Of a stretch of DNA of 64,000 nt, positions 57,501 to 64,000 are shown piece by piece (within the stretch, counting starts at the first letter, position 1; the number at the start of each line of letters is the position of its first letter). This DNA is from Amoebophrya sp. A120 (Eukaryota > Protista > Dinoflagellata): contig CAJINV010000019.1 in the NCBI GenBank assembly GCA_905178155.1, forward strand, positions 786,988-850,987, given 5' to 3'. Position numbers and translations under genes: made by a program. A model generated the notes under the pieces. The model was given only the letters and a program-made list of their open reading frames with translations. It was not told the DNA's origin and did no database searches.

Positions 57501-60500
57501 ATCCTAGTACCCCTGGAGCACGCACCTCCTCCACCGAACGCTCCGGGACTCGTATTTGGTCTTGCGGGAAGCTCCTGGTGACCACCTCCTTCGGTAAAAA
57601 TCGGATCTTCAGACTCCTCGTCGTCTTGGAGATCCATTTCATCATTTTGCAGCAATAGCTCCTCCTGCAAATCTCTGGCACCTTCTCGTCCTGTGCCTCT
57701 TGCTGCCATCTTCCTCGTTCCCCTCTTGAACTGTCTTTCTTTCTCCGACATCTTCAAGCTTCTCGGAACCGCTGCGGAGGTATTGAAGATGACGTTGTGC
57801 TGCCCGCTACTTCTCTGGTGCAAACCGTTGAGAAACTCCCGGAAATCCTTATAGAGGCGGTCGATTCGGGTGTCCGCGTGCTGCTGCGAAATCTGGAGTA
57901 GGCTATGGAAGCGTCAGGATTGAAATCGTCAAAGTTTGTCATGCATAAAGTGCAACGCAGAAAGTGCCTGTCTTGCAGAGTAGGCAAGAGAGGCAGATTG
58001 TGAGCCTGTTTCGGGGTAGACGTAGAAATAGAACTGCTAAAGTAGCATGACAAAAGGCGTCTTCCTTACCCAAACAACATGACAAACTGGATTTCGGCTC
58101 TACTCAAATTTCTCATGCGCCGCCTAGAAATTGGGCTTCCAACTGGTATCGATTTTATGCATTACAAGTTATGTCAACTTTGTCGATTTCAACTCTGACA
58201 CACCCATACAGGCGCAGCACACTGTAGTCCGCTTTTTTGTGCAGCAACTCCAGGAAGGATCTCGCTTTCGTGTGCTGCACAATGCTGTGCCACTTGTTGT
58301 GCAACTGGGATACTAGGTCGGAACAAATAGAAGCCGGAACGAGGGCGGTAGCACCTGTTGAGCAGAGAAATGGATAGAATCGATTTCCTGCTTAGAATCT
58401 GTTACTGTTTTTGTACTACGATCTACGCAAAAAAAATGGCCTACAACTCGTGACCCGGTTCTTCTACTTGCGAGCAAAAAGCATGATGAGCAAATACAAA
58501 TCACCTTCAAAATGTGTATAATCATAGTACCTTCAACGTCATCCTCTCGCCTCTCCGCCATGACGTTCTCAAACGAGTTCGGCGGCATCGTAGTCCTGCA
58601 CGCGGCGGCCACTACGCCGACCTTCTGTAGTTTATTTCCCGTAGAAGTAGGCGACTCGTCGATCATGTTGTAGCCCTTCTTGCGGTCGACATCGTCCACC
58701 AAGAACGGCGCTGCACAACCAGGAAGTTGTAGAGTCATCTCTGCATCTGTAGCTCCACCTGTACTAGGAGCTCCACCACTTGTCGAAGATGCAACATAAT
58801 TTCCTCCCAGCATCATTTCGACCATGAAGTTGACCAGTTTTAGTTGGTTCTGCAACCCGAGCCGCATCTTTTTTTCCGTTTCCTGTTGAAACGCCTCGAG
58901 GATTTCCCGCAATTTCGTTTCCACCTGAAGTTGGACCTTGTTCTTCTGCTCCTCCTCATTCAGCAAGGCGAGTTTCGTTTCGGAAAACGTCTTATCCTGT
59001 GCCAAAGCATCGCACTCGTAGTAATTGCATTGATTTATGCATTACAAATCTCTTTCTCAAGGTAAATCAGCATTCCAAATTCAATTTGTAATGCTGGGGG
59101 AATTTGCAATGCAATTTATACTAAGTACAATACTTCTTTTGCATTGCATACGTCTTGTCGCACAGGGACTTCATTTGCTCCTGCTCCTTGTGCAGTTTCT
59201 TAATTGCTTGCTGTAGAAGTTTTTCGTGGGAATCCTGCTTTCGTTTCTGCTCCTTCACGGCGTCGACTTGCTTCTCACACGTCTCGGCGTAACTCTTCTC
59301 AAAATTCGTCAGCGTTGCCTCGGTCTTGATGAGCCTGGGAATGGGAGATCAATTTTGATATTGTAAAACCATATGGTAGTAAGTAGTTGTTCGGTTCGCT
59401 GTGTACTTCTTGCTACTGTTGTGTGTCGTATCAGCGATAACAAGAATCACGTGGAGCATGATACGGAAGATATGACCTTGTACGATCCAAGCACTTCTAT
59501 CTATGACGACCTTTACCTTGCCTCCCTCTCGTGCTCCCTTTTCCGCACCATTTTTTCAAAGTCCTCAAAGTCTTCCTGGTCTTGCGCCATCCGTTTTGCC
59601 ATCATTTTCGAGTTATTCAGGAGTTCGGTAATTGCGTTGCTGGACTCCTTCACAAATTTCTCGTTCGATTTCTGCAGCTGTTGCGTTGTGCATTTCAACC
59701 TTTCCTCATTTTCACTGGCCCTCTCGTCCAATTTCTCCTGCATCCACTGCAACCTGGACTCCGCCTCGTGCTTAAACCGCATGAGAAGTTCTTGCTGCTC
59801 AACATCTCTTTCGGGACAAGAAGACGAGTTCTTGCGGTTCTGTTTAATGCCGTAGTTCATCTTGGAGGATTGCTGTTCCGACTCCTCTAGCCTCTGTTGG
59901 TACTCTTCCAAGCAGAGTTGGAAGTGGTCAAAATTCTCGGTCACGGCTTGCAGTTTCGCTTTGATGTGCACTTCGTGCTCCTGAAGCTTGTTTGCCTGCG
60001 CCGTCAAGCAAGTTTCCATTGCCTTCGTGACCGACTCCTCATTCCGGGCGGCAAGGGACCTGATAGTAAAAAACTTACGGTCGGTTTAATATTTTCGGAA
60101 AAGCTGCGAAAACTTTTTTCGACTTCTTCCTACCATGATATAATCAAGCGACAGCGCAGCATCCACCGATCATGACCAAACATCAAGTTCATAAGCCAGA
60201 GCAACGAAGCTGCGTTGATCCGCTCAATATTATGATTGATACCAAATCTCCTGATCTTTTTTCGCCGCCAGTTGATCCGCCAGTTTTTGTAACTGTTCGT
60301 TCTGCATTGCGGCTATTTTGGGATTCATCTTTCCCCAAAGAGAGTCCACAAAAGCGCTGAGAGAGACGTCCTGTCGTGCTCGTGGTTGTTTTCCATGTTG
60401 TTCTGCGCGTCGTTTATTATCATGCGCCTGTGCTTTATTTCCTTTGTCAGCGTGACTGTCCGTGTCAGTGTTGGTCATGTGGCCTTGATCAAGTTTCGTT

Positions 60501-63009
60501 TTTCCATCCTCCATCTCCTCTGCCAAGATTTCTAACAATGTCACGTTCCCTCTCATCCACCTCCTGTTCAGATGACCTTTTGCAGATCGATTTCCAAACT
60601 GCTCGGTCGTGGTGGTTTCGCCGCCAATAAAACTGTTCGCCTTATTCTGTGCTTTCGCAGCATAATGAAAGTTACCGGAAGATGATTGCTGGACGAAGCC
60701 AGGACTGGGTCGTCCAACTGCATCCTGTAGAAGTCCAGTACTTCCTCTATCAGGATTGCCCCTACCCGACGAACTACCAGGGGTACGGTAGGTATTGTCG
60801 TCGCTCAACACATTGCGACCGCTTCCGTGATGAATCATCCCCGCTCCAGCAACGACCTGGTCCAGCTCGTCACAGCACGCACTGTTTTGTTCTTCATCCC
60901 CTTCTACTTCTTCATCTTCTCCAAAAACAAACTCTTTCAAAGCCGAAATCTGCCTTCGCAGTTCCTCGTTTTTCTGTTTCAAGTTGATGATTTCCGTGTC
61001 GTAGGCCATCTTTTCGCACTCCCAATTCTCCACTTTCACCGCCACAGACTCGGACAGCTCCGCGAACGCGAGCTCACATATGCATTGCAAAAGTATCGCA
61101 CTTCTACTCAAAATTGCAATACAGATTTCGATTTCTTTACCCAAAAGCAACAATTTGTCATGCTGATTCAGGTAAAACAAATATATCTGTCATGCCAGAA
61201 TAGCATTGGAATTTCTACGAGTTGTACGAAACTTTTGCACAACAGGATATCACAGTCCTTCACCCAGTTTTCCTGCTCCTGTTGGGAACACTTCAACTGG
61301 AGTTCCCGCTTCTCCAGCATCGCTGAATGGTATTGAAAGGAAAGACTCCCCCTCCCCATATCAACAAGGCCTGCTTCCGAAAATTTGTGTTGCTGATTTG
61401 AGGCCACAGATGGCGTCTGTCTTGCAAGCAGACAAGGGCAGAAGTTTCGCCCCCATTATGAAAGCGATTTGTCATGCTGGTGGGCCTAAAGGCGAGCCAT
61501 TTGCCATGTTGAACACCTAGACCGATACGCCCCTACCTAGCCTGGGCATCTGGCCGCAATGCCCTCCTGCAGTACAAAGCTGATTTGTGTACACAAATCC
61601 AGAAACAGAAATTTCCGCTTCGATATGGGGAGGGGGGATTTTTCCTTTCGATAAATGGTGCTTCAACTTCATGTCTTGCTCCTCGAACCGGAGTGCAAAA
61701 GCCTCAAATATCCTGTGCAAGAGTATTGTAATTGCAATCATGCATATACAAATCTTTTTCTGAAGGGAAATCCGCATTACAGATTTTATCTCTCATGCTG
61801 AGGAAATTTGTAATGCATTTATACGAGTACGATACTTTTGCAATTCATATCAAACTGCGCTCTCAGATCGCTGTCCTGCTCGTTGAACTTGCGCTCCAAA
61901 AACTTGTACAGCAAGTCGTTTCCAACAAGTGGAGGATCGGCGGCCACGACGCCGCGCGAGGTCGTGGTCCTCGTGGTGTAATCTGATGAAGAGGTAGTTG
62001 TGTGGAGCTGATGGTGATGTTGTCCCTGTCGCTCTGACTGGTTGATGATCTTCACATCCTGTTCTTCACGTAATTTATTGCCCGGCGAACGAGCAGGGCT
62101 CGTAGTTTGAAGCATTGTCCTTCTTTGGGCACCAGCTGCTGCTCCTGATGATGATGACTCACACTCATCTACTTCTTCTTCTTCTTCTTGCAGGTAATAC
62201 GTCTCGGGCGAAAGAATCACTGGGCAGGCAGTGGCAGAGCCGGCAGTCGCCACTGCCGTGTTACAACTAGTAGATGAGGGCGGGGTGCTGGAAAATGTTG
62301 CAGTTGCAGCAGCCTTCGTATATATTTTCGACTTCAACGGGGGCGCAGGAGCTGCGGCGGCAAGACCAAGAGTCGTGGCTTGTTTTGTCTTGTAGTTGCG
62401 GTGAGCGTGAGCGGTATTTTTCGGAGAATTATCTGCACTTCTGCCAGCAGCGGACCACGTCGAAGAATCCTCGTTGTTTTTCGATTTTTTGTTCGAACCA
62501 GATGAAGCTACATTTTGATTTTCTTTTTTCGAAGACGACGGACCGCCACTTTTCGTAGTTGATGCAGCTGTCCCCGCCGAATAAAGTTGATGCCGCGTCG
62601 ACGTGGGTTCTACGGGGTAAGAACTCGAAGTGGACATGTTGACGACGCCCGGTTCGCGAAGTTGGTGGTCTTCATCCTCGTCAAAGTCGGTCAGAAGGAG
62701 CCGCTCCGCGGGAGACAAGGGCTCTCTTCCTCTGTTTATGAACTGCAAAAGTAATATCGTACTCCTCGTCCTCGTATAAATGCACTACAAATTTCCTCAG
62801 CATGAGAGAAAAAATTTGTAATGCGGATTTACCTGCTCTCTAATGCATGATTGCAATACGAGCGCGATACTTTTGCACAGGATACTGTTCTGGCAGGGCG
62901 GCGTCGCTGCAGTTGTGGAGATCCCCTTCTTCGCATTTTTGCAGCCGATGGGAAACAGCGGGGACTCGATTTCACGCTCCTGCTCGGGGGAGCAGGAGGA
63001 ATCCAACAT
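54531..63009 (-). CDS. Very large hypothetical protein: central coiled coil, long disordered S/N/Q/G-rich termini; about 12 exons
   Basis: One frame traced from MLDSSC to VMAWR* across 8 introners and 3 GT-AG introns. Confidence 0.75.
54707..54972. mobile_element. Introner family A
   Basis: TIRs; perfect direct repeat gctgt. Confidence 0.92.
55031..55182. mobile_element. Introner family B
   Basis: TIRs; perfect direct repeat cgcgc. Confidence 0.9.
57904..58208. mobile_element. Introner family F
   Basis: TIRs; direct repeat taggc/caggc. Confidence 0.88.
58993..59150. mobile_element. Introner family B
   Basis: TIRs; perfect direct repeat cgtct. Confidence 0.9.
61079..61249. mobile_element. 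Introner family B-like
   Basis: TIRs; perfect direct repeat tcaca. Confidence 0.88.
61331..61653. mobile_element. Introner family E
   Basis: TIRs; perfect direct repeat aatgg. Confidence 0.92.
61709..61849. mobile_element. Introner family B
   Basis: TIRs; perfect direct repeat tcaaa. Confidence 0.9.
62737..62884. mobile_element. Introner family B
   Basis: TIRs; perfect direct repeat ctgtt. Confidence 0.9.
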
Positions 63010-64000
63010 CTTGTTTCGATATAATTGTACGTCGAAATATTAATTAGCCTACTACAATCGAAGAAAGGTCAACGTCTCCACCCTCTTCGTCGCAGCAACG
63101 CAAGAACTTGAACTTCTAGTTCTAGCAGCTGCAGGTGGAGCAAGAAATTACTTCTACGTGTACATACTACAAACCGGCCTCTACTTCGTGTCTCTCTTCT
63201 TGTTTTATTACTCTACTTTCTCAAGTAGAATCTTCGCTCGTCCTCGTACAACTTTCCATCCGCGCCGGTCGAACTCGTAGCAGGAGGCAGCTGCCGCGAC
63301 GTCCGGTCGTGGGCAGGACCAGGTAGGAGGCACGACCTTGTTGGCCAGGTTCGGTGTCTTCGATGCGTTTGCTAGCTTGGTTGCGCGCTGAACAACCTCA
63401 CTCGCTCTAACACTCAAACCGGCTACAAGTCGTGATTTGTCGAAATCGTCACGTTCCCGTCTACGTAGGATTGGTCTTTTCGCAGACAAAAAACTCACGC
63501 ACTTTCTACTACCTGAACTATCAAAACTGCAGTTTTAGACGGGGACAAGGCGATACGTGTGAGATCATGGAAAACAACAGCTTTTTTGGATTTTCGCTCT
63601 CGTTAGTGAGTCTGTTTTTCCACCATCCATAGCATCGGGACAAGGCGAGCACGATGGATCCACAGAGCTTGTAAGAGTTTAACTACGAAGCGCGAAGCCT
63701 TTAACACGTACCTCGGTCCCTTCCCGGCGACCAAGTTTAGAATGGAAATCAGGCAAAACTTTAAGCCAAGCATTCGTGTAATAGCATCGAAAGATCATCA
63801 ACAACGGTGTTACCAAGAGAGACAAAACACGACGTCACTCGTCACTCATCAGCACACCATCGTGCTGCGGACTCACAGAGCTCCCAACTGAGAAAAAGAA
63901 AGGTAAAAGAAAAAAGAAAGCCAAACACAGATAGTTTGACTTTTACCTTGCTGTAGAGAGACAGAGAGACTGCACTACTAGAAAGTTACGGTTTTTTTTT

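Overview
Eukaryotic, intron-rich DNA. It is most consistent with a parasitic dinoflagellate of the Amoebophrya/Syndiniales type; this is an inference from the dinoflagellate spliced-leader motif, the strictly one-strand gene order and the many non-canonical TIR introns. About 12 protein genes all lie on the minus strand: two hypothetical paralogs sharing an unnamed domain (one also carries a degenerate histidine-phosphatase domain), WDR92/DNAAF10, a DnaJ protein, a Met/Lys-rich EF-hand protein, a membrane protein, a La-motif/PLP-aminotransferase fusion, a GNL1-like GTPase, a DHHC(DHYC) palmitoyltransferase, a long coiled-coil protein and others. The window holds about 37 introner-like elements from roughly 7 families, mostly inside these genes. 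Nearly all run TAT...ATA between 5-bp direct repeats, and removing element plus one repeat restores the reading frame wherever I traced it. Highlights: (1) a 1.9-kb TIR element nested inside an introner carries a head-to-head pair of SL-RNA-like genes with an identically spaced 15-bp upstream box; (2) intron-free copies of a gene's last exons sit next to the intron-containing version; (3) the La-aminotransferase fusion. Gene models were assembled by eye and splice points can slide within the direct repeats.
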